Source of the DNA: an uncultured bacterium
GTDB taxonomy: Bacteria > Bacillota > Clostridia > Christensenellales > UBA1242
DNA length: 64,000 nt
Direction of reading: 5' to 3'
Assembly: GCA_949474265.1 (NCBI GenBank)
Contig: CASXBC010000001.1
Span: 20,216 to 84,215, forward strand
In this document: positions 54,491 to 63,204 of the stretch, piece after piece
Position numbering within the stretch: the stretch's first letter is position 1
Layout of the letters: every line of letters starts with the position of its first letter
Program-made: the position numbers and the translations under genes
The notes under the pieces: generated by a model
Seen by the model: only the letters and a program-made list of their open reading frames with translations
Databases searched by the model: none
What the model was told of the DNA's origin: nothing

Positions 54491-55904
54491 GCACACCTCC
54501 TTCAATTGCGTGAGCGATTTGATAAATAGTTTTTTCGTCAAACTCTTTGCCCATTATTTGAACAGCAAGTGGCATTCCGTTTTCGCCTTTTTCATGAGGA
54601 ACGCTGATTGCAGGCAGTTTCATCATGTTTGCAGGTATTGTAAAATAATCTTCTTTATACATGCTGATAGGGTCTTTCTTTTCGCCAAGCTTAAAGGCTG
54701 TTCCGGTTGTTGTAGGCAAAAGAATTGCGTCACAGACAGAAAATATCTTTTTGCTTTCATCAATCAATGCTTGTTGCACTGCTTTTGCTTTGATGTAATA
54801 GGCATCAAAAAAGCCAGAGGAAAGCACAAAGTTTCCAAGCATAATTCTTCTTTTGACTTCTTTTCCAAAGCCGGCACTCCTGCTTTTTGAATAAGTCTCA
54901 TTTATATCTGCACCTTCAACACGTTTTGTATACTTGATTCCATCAAAGCGTCCTAAGTTGCTTGTTGCTTCTGCTGGGGCAATGATGTAATAACAAGGCA
55001 ATGCCAATGAAAAGGATGGCATTGAAACTTTCACAAATTCAGCACCTTTGTTTTTTAAAACTTCAATGGCACTCTTGTAAGCTTTTTCACTTTCCATTCC
55101 ACAGAGCATGGCTTCAACTTCATTTACAAGACCAATCTTTATGCTTTTGATAGGCTTTTCAATGTTTTGCAAGAAATCTATAGGTGCAGCAATTGATGTT
55201 TCATCATGAGTGCATTTTCCTGCAAGCACTTCAAGAGCATAAGCATTGTCGGCAACGGTTTTTGTCATTGGTCCAACTTGTTCTATAGAGCTTGAAAATG
55301 CCACCACACCAAATCTTGACACCCTGCCATATGTTGGTTTTATTCCGACAATTCCATTGTAAGCACTTGGCTGTCTTATAGAACCGCCGGTGTCTGTGCC
55401 AAGAGCAAGGGGAGCAAGTCCGAGAGCTACGGAGGTTGCACTTCCACCACTGCTTCCACCAGGCACTCTGTCAAAGTCAAGGGCATTGTGGGTAAGACCA
55501 AAAGCAGAATTTTCTGTTGAACTTCCCATTGCAAATTCGTCCATGTTGGCTCTTGCAATAATTATTGCACCCGCTTCCAACAGTTTTTGAACTACAGTCG
55601 AACAATATTGTGCGACATAGTTTTCAAGAAATTTTGAAGAGCAAGTGCATTTTTTTCCTTCATAGAAAATATTGTCTTTGATGATTACAGGAATGCCTGC
55701 AAGTTTGCCGTCAAAGCCTTCAGATATTTTCTTATCCATTGCTTTTGCGTTTTCAATTGCATCATCAAAAATTTCAAGAAGAGCATTATATTCTTTTTTC
55801 TCTTCACATCTTGCGACAAAGTATCTTGTAAGTTCTTCACTTGTCACTTTGTGAGTTTTTATCATGTCAACAAGTTGAAGTAGACTATATTTTTCGTATT
55901 GCAT
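54480..55904 (-). CDS. gatA: Asp/Glu-tRNA(Asn/Gln) amidotransferase subunit A
   Basis: Amidase signature GGSSGGSATSVA. Start MQYEKYSLLQL at 55904 (GGAGGAGG RBS). Confidence 0.95.
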   Translation of the reverse strand: MQYEKYSLLQLVDMIKTHKVTSEELTRYFVARCEEKKEYNALLEIFDDAIENAKAMDKKISEGFDGKLAGIPVIIKDNIFYEGKKCTCSSKFLENYVAQYCSTVVQKLLEAGAIIIARANMDEFAMGSSTENSAFGLTHNALDFDRVPGGSSGGSATSVALGLAPLALGTDTGGSIRQPSAYNGIVGIKPTYGRVSRFGVVAFSSSIEQVGPMTKTVADNAYALEVLAGKCTHDETSIAAPIDFLQNIEKPIKSIKIGLVNEVEAMLCGMESEKAYKSAIEVLKNKGAEFVKVSMPSFSLALPCYYIIAPAEATSNLGRFDGIKYTKRVEGADINETYSKSRSAGFGKEVKRRIMLGNFVLSSGFFDAYYIKAKAVQQALIDESKKIFSVCDAILLPTTTGTAFKLGEKKDPISMYKEDYFTIPANMMKLPAISVPHEKGENGMPLAVQIMGKEFDEKTIYQIAHAIEGGVHGI

Positions 55905-55905
55905 A

Positions 55906-56196
55906 TTAGTCCTCCTCCAGCATTTGCGAAACAGCAAATGCACCTTTTCTTGTTTTTGGGCTGTTTATTAAAGCCAACTCTTGTGGCATACTCTGTTCTG
56001 GAACATCCTCTCTAAGTTCTTCAAATTTGTGGCTTTTATAAATCAACTTGTTTTCTGTTTTTGCAAGTTTAATTTCATCAACCATATCCAAAATAGTTTG
56101 AAATTCTTGTGAAAAAGCCTCAAGCTCCGCTTCTTCAAATTCGAGTGCTGAAAGGGTGGCAAGTTTTTTCATTTCTTCAAGAGTAATCTTTTCCAT
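55906..56196 (-). CDS. gatC: Asp/Glu-tRNA(Asn/Gln) amidotransferase subunit C
   Basis: 96 aa; sits between aspS and gatA; typical GatC size and pattern. Confidence 0.88.
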   Translation of the reverse strand: MEKITLEEMKKLATLSALEFEEAELEAFSQEFQTILDMVDEIKLAKTENKLIYKSHKFEELREDVPEQSMPQELALINSPKTRKGAFAVSQMLEED

Positions 56197-56207
56197 AAAT
56201 CCTCCAA

Positions 56208-57968
56208 CTAACTTTTGCTTCTTATTTTAATATGGACATCTCTAAGTTGTGCTTCTGTTACAAAACCAGGGGCACCCATCATGACATCTTGAGCTTTTGA
56301 GTTCATAGGAAAAGCAACAACTTCTCTTATGCTTTTTTCATCCAAGAGCAACATTATCATTCTGTCAATTCCTGGGGCAATTCCTGCGTGAGGAGGTGCA
56401 CCATATTGGAAAGCAGTGTACAAGGCTCCAAATTTTTCTTTTATAGTTTCTTCTCCGTATCCACAAATTTCAAATGCTTTGAGCATAATATCTGGGTCAT
56501 AGTTTCTTACAGCTCCGGAAGAAAGCTCTATTCCATTTACAATAATATCATATTGATATGCCAATATGTCAAGTGGCTGTTGAGTTTTCAAAGCTTCAAG
56601 TCCGCCTTGTGGCATTGTAAAAGGGTTATGACAGAAATCTATCTTATCTTCTTCCTCATCATATTCAAACATAGGAAAATCCACAATCCAACAGAACTTG
56701 TAAATTCCTTCTTGCAAAAGTTCAAGTTTTTCGCAAAGCATGGTGCGAAGTAAACCCATTATTTTGCAGGCAAGTTTCCATTTGTCTGCAATTATGAAAA
56801 GACAATCTCCGCTCTTTCCACCGCTTACAGACAAAAGTTCTTGGACTTCACGCTCAGTCATAAACTTGATGATTGGACCTGTAAGAGTCATATCCTCTTC
56901 AACTTTTACCCAAGCAAGACCTTTTGCTCCACACTCAAGTGCATAAGCTGTCAAATCTTCAAATGCTTTTTTTGAAAGTTTGCTTGCCTGAGGTGCTGTA
57001 ATGCACTTTACTGTTTTTTTAGCAAAAGCTCCAAAAGTGGTATCTCTATAAACTTCAGTTATGTCGCAGATTTTAAGAGGGTTTCTAAGGTCAGGTTTGT
57101 CTGTGCCATAGGTGTCCATTGCAGCTTTGTAAGTTATTCTTGTGAAAGGGACACTATCAATTTTGTATTTTCCATATTTCTCAAAGATAGCTGGAAGCAC
57201 TTGTTCCATAATAGCAAATACGTCTTCTTGAGTTGTGAAACTCATCTCCATATCAAGTTGATAAAATTCTCCAGGGCAACGGTCTGCTCTTGCATCTTCA
57301 TCTCTAAAGCATGGTGCAATTTGAAAATATCTATCCATTCCGCTGACCATCAGAAGTTGTTTAAACTGCTGAGGTGCTTGTGGAAGAGCATAAAACTGCC
57401 CATGGTGCAATCTGCTTGGCACAAGATAATCTCTTGCTCCTTCTGGAGAGGATGCGGTGAGGATTGGAGTTTGAAATTCATCAAAACCAAGCTCAAACAT
57501 CAGCTTTCGGATTTCACGAATGACCTCACATCTAAAAAGGATGTTGTCTTGCATCTTCTTGTTTCTAAGGTCCAAATATCTGTATTTAAGCCTAATATCT
57601 TCACTCGTATCTGTTGAAGAGTCAATTTCAAAAGGCAAAACACTTTTGCAGGCACTGAGAAGTTTTGTCTCGTCAACCACAACTTCAATCTCTCCTGTTG
57701 AGATTTTGCTGTTGTAAGTATCTTCATCACGAAGTCTAACTTTTCCTTTGACAGTGATGACAGATTCTTTTGAGAGTTTTATATCAGGCAAGTTGTAATA
57801 AACAATTTGAGTTTTTCCATAGCGGTCTCTTAAGTCGACAAAAGTGATGCCGCCATGGTCACGGATTGTGTCAATCCAACCAGATAATGTGACCTGTTGC
57901 CCATCATCAGTTTTTCTAAGGGCACCGCAGGTGTGCGTTCTGTAAACGCTTTTAAAAGATTTTTCCAT
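56208..57968 (-). CDS. aspS: Aspartate--tRNA ligase (context suggests the non-discriminating type)
   Basis: 586 aa; class IIb motifs (FRDEDARADR, GIDRMIMLL); first gene of the aspS-gatCAB operon. Confidence 0.95.
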   Translation of the reverse strand: MEKSFKSVYRTHTCGALRKTDDGQQVTLSGWIDTIRDHGGITFVDLRDRYGKTQIVYYNLPDIKLSKESVITVKGKVRLRDEDTYNSKISTGEIEVVVDETKLLSACKSVLPFEIDSSTDTSEDIRLKYRYLDLRNKKMQDNILFRCEVIREIRKLMFELGFDEFQTPILTASSPEGARDYLVPSRLHHGQFYALPQAPQQFKQLLMVSGMDRYFQIAPCFRDEDARADRCPGEFYQLDMEMSFTTQEDVFAIMEQVLPAIFEKYGKYKIDSVPFTRITYKAAMDTYGTDKPDLRNPLKICDITEVYRDTTFGAFAKKTVKCITAPQASKLSKKAFEDLTAYALECGAKGLAWVKVEEDMTLTGPIIKFMTEREVQELLSVSGGKSGDCLFIIADKWKLACKIMGLLRTMLCEKLELLQEGIYKFCWIVDFPMFEYDEEEDKIDFCHNPFTMPQGGLEALKTQQPLDILAYQYDIIVNGIELSSGAVRNYDPDIMLKAFEICGYGEETIKEKFGALYTAFQYGAPPHAGIAPGIDRMIMLLLDEKSIREVVAFPMNSKAQDVMMGAPGFVTEAQLRDVHIKIRSKS

Positions 57969-58240
57969 TTTCTTCTCCTTAACAAAAAACAGCCACTCAT
58001 CCTAAGATTTTAGGACGAATGACTGTATCCGCGGTGCCACCTAAATTATTGCTTAAAGCAATCACTTTTGTTGTCTTCAATCAAAGACATCTGCTGTAAC
58101 GGGCAGGACCGGCTCTCCCTACTTTTTTCATTTCAGGATGCAACTCCGAAGTGTTATTCGCACAAGTATGAATATTGCTTTTCACCAACTGCAACTCTCT
58201 GAAAGACATGGTCTTGTGTTACTTCTCTTCATCATAGTTT
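57969..58240 (-). promoter_or_regulatory. T-box leader upstream of aspS-gatCAB; specifier position reads AAC (Asn)
   Basis: Minus strand carries K-turn UGAUGA, AGAGAG bulge and distal loop UUGGUGAAAAG. Specifier loop 3' side is CGAAU-AAC-A (AAC = 58155-58153). T-box AAUUUAGGUGGCACCGCG at 58047-58030. Terminator CATTCGTCCTAA/TTAGGATGAGTG plus U-run at 58022-57984. Confidence 0.8.
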
Positions 58241-58245
58241 TTCTC

Positions 58246-58274
58246 ATTCTAGCATTGAAAATATCTTTTGTCAA
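58246..58274 (-). promoter_or_regulatory. Promoter of the aspS leader (TTGACA-17 nt-TAGAAT)
   Basis: -35 at 58274-58269, -10 at 58251-58246 on the minus strand. Confidence 0.55.
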
Positions 58275-58292
58275 CACTTTTTTTAAAATAAT

Positions 58293-58622
58293 TTATTCAT
58301 CAAGCTCTTTTAAATTTTTTCCATACAACTCTATTATGCTGTCCAATTTGATTTTTGTTTTGACGATTGTCAAAGTTTTTTCTATCAAATCTACCTTTGA
58401 AACCATGCCACAACATTTGACATATTCATCCTTACAAAAATAAACTACTTCAATTATTTCTCCAATTTTGATTTGATTAAATTTAAAGGAGAGTTCTTCT
58501 GCTGTGTCTGAAGTTAGAGTTTTACGCTCCACAACAACTTTTTGTTTTTGTCTTATCAAATCATAGTAGCCTCTAAGTGGGCTGAAAGCCATAAACTGTT
58601 TTGCTCGCTCTGCTCTATCCAT
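58293..58622 (-). CDS. YolD-like protein
   Basis: Small protein immediately downstream of, and overlapping, a Y-family polymerase gene, as in B. subtilis uvrX-yolD. Start at ATG 58622 with GGAGG RBS. Confidence 0.65.
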   Translation of the reverse strand: MDRAERAKQFMAFSPLRGYYDLIRQKQKVVVERKTLTSDTAEELSFKFNQIKIGEIIEVVYFCKDEYVKCCGMVSKVDLIEKTLTIVKTKIKLDSIIELYGKNLKELDE

Positions 58623-59871
58623 TGTGACCTCCAATCAAATTGTTTCTTTTTCGTGCCGTGGATTTTTCTTTAAGGCTTGAGCCACGCACTATAGAATTTT
58701 TGCCATATTTCTCTTTTATATCAAGCACAGCTCTTTGCATATTGAATTCTTTTTCTTCATCTGCAAAATCGGTAAAAAGTGACAGCGTTTCAAACTCGTC
58801 ATCAACAACATTGTTGAAACTTATGTTGAGTCGTCTTATGGGATAGTTTGGATTTGTTGTCTTTCGGTAGTATTCTTCAAAGTATTGTGTCAACACTTTG
58901 CTAGAGTTTGTATAAAGCGGCAACTTCATGCTTCCACCCGTTGACTTTATTATGTCTTTTGAATAAGAAATTGACAGTGAGATTGAATTTGTTACCAAGT
59001 GCTTTTCAATCAATTCAAGTTCGAGATTATCAACCATTTCAACAAGCACAAGAAGAGCGTCTTCAAAGTTGTAATCTTCAAACAAAACCTGACCTGTTGA
59101 GATTGAATTTGATTTAGTTTTGTAAGTGTGTATATCTTCAATTGTGCAAGGCTCTTTTCCATTGGCGTGGTCTATAAGAAGCTCGGCATTTATTCCAAAC
59201 TCTTTGTACAAAAGCTTTTCATCACAATGTGCCAAATCATACAAGTCCTCAACACCAAATCTTGCAAGCCTTTTTGCAATGCCACGGCCAATTCCCCAAA
59301 TGTCAGTGATAGGTTTGTGATGCCAGATTGTCTTTTTGAAAAGCTCTTCATCTAAAAATCCCATGTGGTCATCCACATGTTTGGCTGTGATGTCAAGAGC
59401 AACTTTTGTCAAAAATAGATTTGGTCCAATGCCAACGGTTGCACAAATTTTTGTTTCATTAAATATGTCATCTAGGATTTTTTTTGCAAGTTCTTTTGCA
59501 GTGAGCTTGTAAAGTTTTAGATAATGAGTTACATCCAAAAAACACTCATCAATAGAATATATGTGAATGTCATCTTTGCTGACATATTTGAGGTATATTC
59601 CATATATGTTTGCGGAATATTCCATATATAGATGCATTCTTGGTTTTGCAGTTATAAACTCCACATCTTTGGGTATTTCATACATTCTGCAACGGTTTCG
59701 GATGCCAAGTGATTTCATCGCAGGGGTTATTGCAAGACACACAGTGCCTTCGCTTCGCTCTGGGTCTGCGACAACAAGGTTGACTTTAAAGGGGTCAAGA
59801 CCACGCTCTGCACACTCTACAGACGCAAAAAAACTTTTTAAATCAATACACAAATAAGTTTTCTCTTCCAC
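58615..59871 (-). CDS. Y-family (UmuC/UvrX/DinB-like) translesion DNA polymerase
   Basis: N-terminus YLCIDLKSFFASVECAERGLDP...VVADPERSEGTVCLAITPAMKSLGI; SIDECFLDVT catalytic motif; 418 aa. Confidence 0.9.
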   Translation of the reverse strand: MEEKTYLCIDLKSFFASVECAERGLDPFKVNLVVADPERSEGTVCLAITPAMKSLGIRNRCRMYEIPKDVEFITAKPRMHLYMEYSANIYGIYLKYVSKDDIHIYSIDECFLDVTHYLKLYKLTAKELAKKILDDIFNETKICATVGIGPNLFLTKVALDITAKHVDDHMGFLDEELFKKTIWHHKPITDIWGIGRGIAKRLARFGVEDLYDLAHCDEKLLYKEFGINAELLIDHANGKEPCTIEDIHTYKTKSNSISTGQVLFEDYNFEDALLVLVEMVDNLELELIEKHLVTNSISLSISYSKDIIKSTGGSMKLPLYTNSSKVLTQYFEEYYRKTTNPNYPIRRLNISFNNVVDDEFETLSLFTDFADEEKEFNMQRAVLDIKEKYGKNSIVRGSSLKEKSTARKRNNLIGGHNG

Positions 59872-59990
59872 TATTCTATTATATCAAAATCTATATTGAT
59901 TATCAAAAATAAAAGCGTCATTTATGTATTTTGAAAAAAATTTAAGATATGTTATAATTTTAATGATAATTGGGAGATGGCAAAAAGATT

Positions 59991-60626
59991 ATGTTTGAAA
60001 GAAGAAAAATTCTTAAGAAACTGAGAAAAAGTCCAGCATACAAGGATGCGGCGACATTCGATTATGACAAAGAAGGCAGAGTGCAAATAAATGTTGGACT
60101 TAAGGATGCTGATGACTTTTTTTCACCTTATGCTTACAAAACTTACGAACTTTTAAATTCTGGAGTAACAGAACATATTGATATGTCAGAGGGGCAAATT
60201 CCAATCACTGAGTCAATTACTTTAGAAATTTACACAGAAGAAAAGACGACGAACGAGGAGAAAAAAAGAATAAGAAGTGCTGTTAAAAGGCATTATGCAG
60301 AGATGGTTGTTTCTGTAAAAAGACAACTTAAAATCAACACATGGAAAGGACTTATCTTGTCAGCAATAGGCGTAGTAATTTTATTTGCTGAGGCTTTTCT
60401 TTATGCAAAACTTTCAAACTTGTATCTTGACACAATTATGGCTGTGATAGGCTGGATGTTTCTTTGGGATGGCATGGAGGTGTTTCTTTGGGATAGAAGT
60501 GATTTGCGAAGAAAAGAAATAAAATGCTATCGTCTTATGAATGCCAAAGTTCACATCCGTCAATATAGCAAGAAAATCCAAAGACAATATGGGATTGGCG
60601 AGTTTGAAGATGATGAAGAAGATTAG
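59991..60626 (+). CDS. Hypothetical membrane protein with two C-terminal transmembrane helices
   Basis: Track ORF, with the start placed at ATG 59991. Hydrophobic spans GLILSAIGVVILFAEAFLYA and IMAVIGWMFLW. Confidence 0.55.
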   Translation: MFERRKILKKLRKSPAYKDAATFDYDKEGRVQINVGLKDADDFFSPYAYKTYELLNSGVTEHIDMSEGQIPITESITLEIYTEEKTTNEEKKRIRSAVKRHYAEMVVSVKRQLKINTWKGLILSAIGVVILFAEAFLYAKLSNLYLDTIMAVIGWMFLWDGMEVFLWDRSDLRRKEIKCYRLMNAKVHIRQYSKKIQRQYGIGEFEDDEED

Positions 60627-60678
60627 ATAAAGAGCGAATTTGCAAATTGCTTATGATAAAATATAAATGGAGATTAAA

Positions 60679-61527
60679 ATGAAAATTATAGAAGTTGAAA
60701 CAAAGTGGCGGGGGGTACTAAGAGGGAGTCTTTATGGAGAACAATATAAAGACACTTGTGTAATCATTACAAATGGAACTTGCGGAAATATCTTTGAAAA
60801 CAAATTTTTACAGGTTGTTGGAGAAGAGTTGGAAAAGCATAAAATCTCATTTATTTACGCCCACAACAGCGGTGCGTTTCATAGAATTGACACAAGAACA
60901 AAAAGTGGAAGACCTATTGGTTGTACTTACGAACTTTTTGACAATTGTTTAGACGATTTGCAGGCGTATGTGACATTCGCAAAAGAAAACGGATTTAAGC
61001 ACATCGTTTTAGGCGGACATTCTTACGGAGCAAACAAAGTTGTTTATTATCTTTCAAAAAATCAAAATGAGATAATAGATAAATATATTTTGATTTCACC
61101 AACAGATACAGAAAATTTGAAAGACCATGAAAAGTTGTCAGCAGACGAACTTATGCCAATTGCTCTTAAGTTTAAAGAAGAAAACATGCTTGACGAGTTG
61201 TTGCCAATTGCATTTGACAATTACAATCTCTATACGGCTCGTGCATTTTTAGATTTTGTTCAAAATAAAAATTCCAAGAATTTACCTATCTACTCTGAAA
61301 ATGGGAATTGGGAACAGTTGAAAACTATCAATCAAGTTGGGCTATTTGTTATGGGAGAAAAAGACAGCTTTGCCTTTGGAGATGCACAAAAGCACCTTCA
61401 AATGATTAATAACAATAGCAAAAGCAAAAATAATATTGTAAGAGTTGTTGAAAGTGCAGGACACACCTTCAGAAATAAAGAAAAAGAACTTGCACAGACA
61501 ATCTTAGAATTTGTAAAAGAGATATAA
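60679..61527 (+). CDS. Alpha/beta-fold hydrolase
   Basis: Nucleophile elbow GGHSYG (G-x-S-x-G); C-terminal GH in VESAGHTF. Start at 60679 (GGAGA RBS) or 60667. Confidence 0.72.
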   Translation: MKIIEVETKWRGVLRGSLYGEQYKDTCVIITNGTCGNIFENKFLQVVGEELEKHKISFIYAHNSGAFHRIDTRTKSGRPIGCTYELFDNCLDDLQAYVTFAKENGFKHIVLGGHSYGANKVVYYLSKNQNEIIDKYILISPTDTENLKDHEKLSADELMPIALKFKEENMLDELLPIAFDNYNLYTARAFLDFVQNKNSKNLPIYSENGNWEQLKTINQVGLFVMGEKDSFAFGDAQKHLQMINNNSKSKNNIVRVVESAGHTFRNKEKELAQTILEFVKEI

Positions 61528-61533
61528 CAAAAA

Positions 61534-61563
61534 AACGAACTTAAGAAACAAGTTCGTTTTTTT
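61534..61563. terminator. Bidirectional terminator
   Basis: AACGAACTT-aagaaac-AAGTTCGTT followed by a T-run. Confidence 0.85.
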
Positions 61564-61606
61564 AATGATTATAAATTTGTGGATTGCCAGCAATTTTATT
61601 TTTGAT

Positions 61607-62479
61607 TCAGTCTCTATATTCTTTTGGGAATACAATGAGGTATCTTTTTGGCTCTTCACCTTTTGAAAGTGTTGTCACTCTGTCATCTTCTTGAAGTGCA
61701 AGGTGCAAAATTCTTCTTTCACTTGCTTCCATTGGTTCAAACTTGAAATATCTTCCACTTTTTGCCACTTTGTCAGCAGTTCTTTTTGCAAGAGCAACAA
61801 GAGCTTCGTTTCTCTTTTGACGATAGTTTTCAACATCAAGGATTGCTCTCTTTTTGTTTTCATTTTTGCAAACAAGAGACATAAGGTGAGAAAGTGCCAT
61901 CATGCAATCTCCGTGATGTCCAATAAGGTCGTTGAGATTTTCTCCGAGAAGATTGTATCTTACAACTCTGTCCTCTTCCACTCTTTCAATTTGTCCTTCA
62001 GTGCCAAGGGCATCCAAAACACCGTTTACAAACTCTTCAGCAGAAAGTTTTTTCTCGGATTTTTCAGTTTTTTCATTTTCTTCAGCTTCAGCCTCTTCTG
62101 TTTTCACAACCTCTTTCTCGGCTTTCTTTTCTTGTTTTGCCTCAGCCTTTTCAGTTTTCTTAACTTCTTTAGCTTCCGCTTTTTCCGCTTTCTTTTCAGC
62201 CTTTTCTTCGCTTTCGGTTTGTTCAATTTTTGCTTTTACAAACTTTTCTGCAAAGTCTTCATCATTTTCTTCTTCTTTGATTTTTGCTTTGAGCTTTTCT
62301 CTCTTTTCATATTTTTCAAGAGCATCTTCTGAGATGGAAACAAGAACTTTCGCTTTTTTCAAGAAACCACCTTCATTCAAGATTTTGATGTCAACATCTT
62401 CTCTTGCTGCTTTAAGCTCTAAAAGAGCATTTTGGACTGCCTGTTCGATTGATTTCCCTGTTGCTTCACACGATTTCAT
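61607..62479 (-). CDS. khpB: Jag/KhpB RNA-binding protein (Jag_N, KH, R3H) with a Glu/Lys/Ala-rich insert
   Basis: Jag_N start MKSCEATGKSIEQAVQNALLELK. C-terminal R3H region ...FKFEPMEASERRILHLALQEDDRVTTLSKGEEPKRYLIV. About 90 aa of AEKKAEK-type repeats between them. Confidence 0.85.
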   Translation of the reverse strand: MKSCEATGKSIEQAVQNALLELKAAREDVDIKILNEGGFLKKAKVLVSISEDALEKYEKREKLKAKIKEEENDEDFAEKFVKAKIEQTESEEKAEKKAEKAEAKEVKKTEKAEAKQEKKAEKEVVKTEEAEAEENEKTEKSEKKLSAEEFVNGVLDALGTEGQIERVEEDRVVRYNLLGENLNDLIGHHGDCMMALSHLMSLVCKNENKKRAILDVENYRQKRNEALVALAKRTADKVAKSGRYFKFEPMEASERRILHLALQEDDRVTTLSKGEEPKRYLIVFPKEYRD

Positions 62480-62612
62480 TTTTTGTTTTCTCCTTTTTCA
62501 CTAGTCAAAATTACTTTACCACATTTAAGCAGAAACATCAAACTTTTTTTGCATTTGTTTTGAAATTGCTTTTATTTGTGTTATGATACAAGAAAAATTG
62601 GGAGGTGAATTT

Positions 62613-63158
62613 ATGTTGGTTGTTATGTCAGGTGTTTCTGGTGTTGGCAAAAACACTATTATTAGAAGGCTTATGGATGAATATTCAAATATGCATTTCT
62701 TCAAATCTGCAACAACAAGACCAATTAGACCGGGAGAAGATATTTATATAAGTTTGACAGAAGAAGAGTTTTTGGCGGCAAAGGAAAGGGGAGAATTCTT
62801 TGAGACTGTTGAAGCTCATGGCTACCATTATGGCACATTTAAAAAAGACCTTCAAAGGTTTATTGACGAACCGCAAAATATCTTTATCAAAGATATCGAG
62901 GTGCTTGGGAATAGAGAGTTTAGAAAGTTTTTGAGAGGGAAGGCAAAGGTTTTATCAATTTTCTTGGAAGCTCCAGATGATGTACTCTTTGATAGGCTTG
63001 TTAAGAGAGGAGAATCAGAAGAAAGAGCAAGAGTTAGAATTTCTCGTTCAAAAATGGAAAGGGAGTATAAAAAGGATTATGACCTTATTATTGAAAACTT
63101 GGATATTGAAAAAACACTTTCAATGATTAGGGAAAGGTTTAAGAAAGAAGGATATTAA
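62613..63158 (+). CDS. Guanylate kinase-family protein (divergent)
   Basis: Start MLVVMSGVSGVGKNT (P-loop) at 62613 after GGGAGG. ATTRPIRPGE and EAHGYHYGT motifs. Confidence 0.72.
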   Translation: MLVVMSGVSGVGKNTIIRRLMDEYSNMHFFKSATTRPIRPGEDIYISLTEEEFLAAKERGEFFETVEAHGYHYGTFKKDLQRFIDEPQNIFIKDIEVLGNREFRKFLRGKAKVLSIFLEAPDDVLFDRLVKRGESEERARVRISRSKMEREYKKDYDLIIENLDIEKTLSMIRERFKKEGY

Positions 63159-63163
63159 AAATA

Positions 63164-63199
63164 AGACCACACTCAAGCAAGAGTGTGGTCTTTGATTTT
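63164..63199. terminator. Bidirectional terminator
   Basis: 11-bp stem AGACCACACTC/GAGTGTGGTCT with loop aagcaa. Confidence 0.8.
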
Positions 63200-63204
63200 G
63201 AAAT

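Noticed and set aside
58211-58213. GAC (Asp codon) as the specifier of the aspS T-box
   Set aside because: It lies on the 5' strand of Stem I next to the CACAAG helix, not in the 3'-side specifier-loop position. The triplet in the canonical position is AAC.
58138-58443. 101-aa plus-strand track ORF
   Set aside because: It overlaps the aspS T-box leader and promoter and the 3' end of the YolD-like gene on the opposite strand. It has no RBS, and its hydrophobic, Phe/Ile/Leu-rich composition is typical of AT-rich antisense sequence.
61900-62300. Periodic gcttt(t)c / ttttc repeats at the DNA level, as a tandem repeat or array
   Set aside because: They are the antisense image of the AEKKAEK low-complexity coding region of jag/khpB. 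The reading frame is intact and there is no spacer structure.
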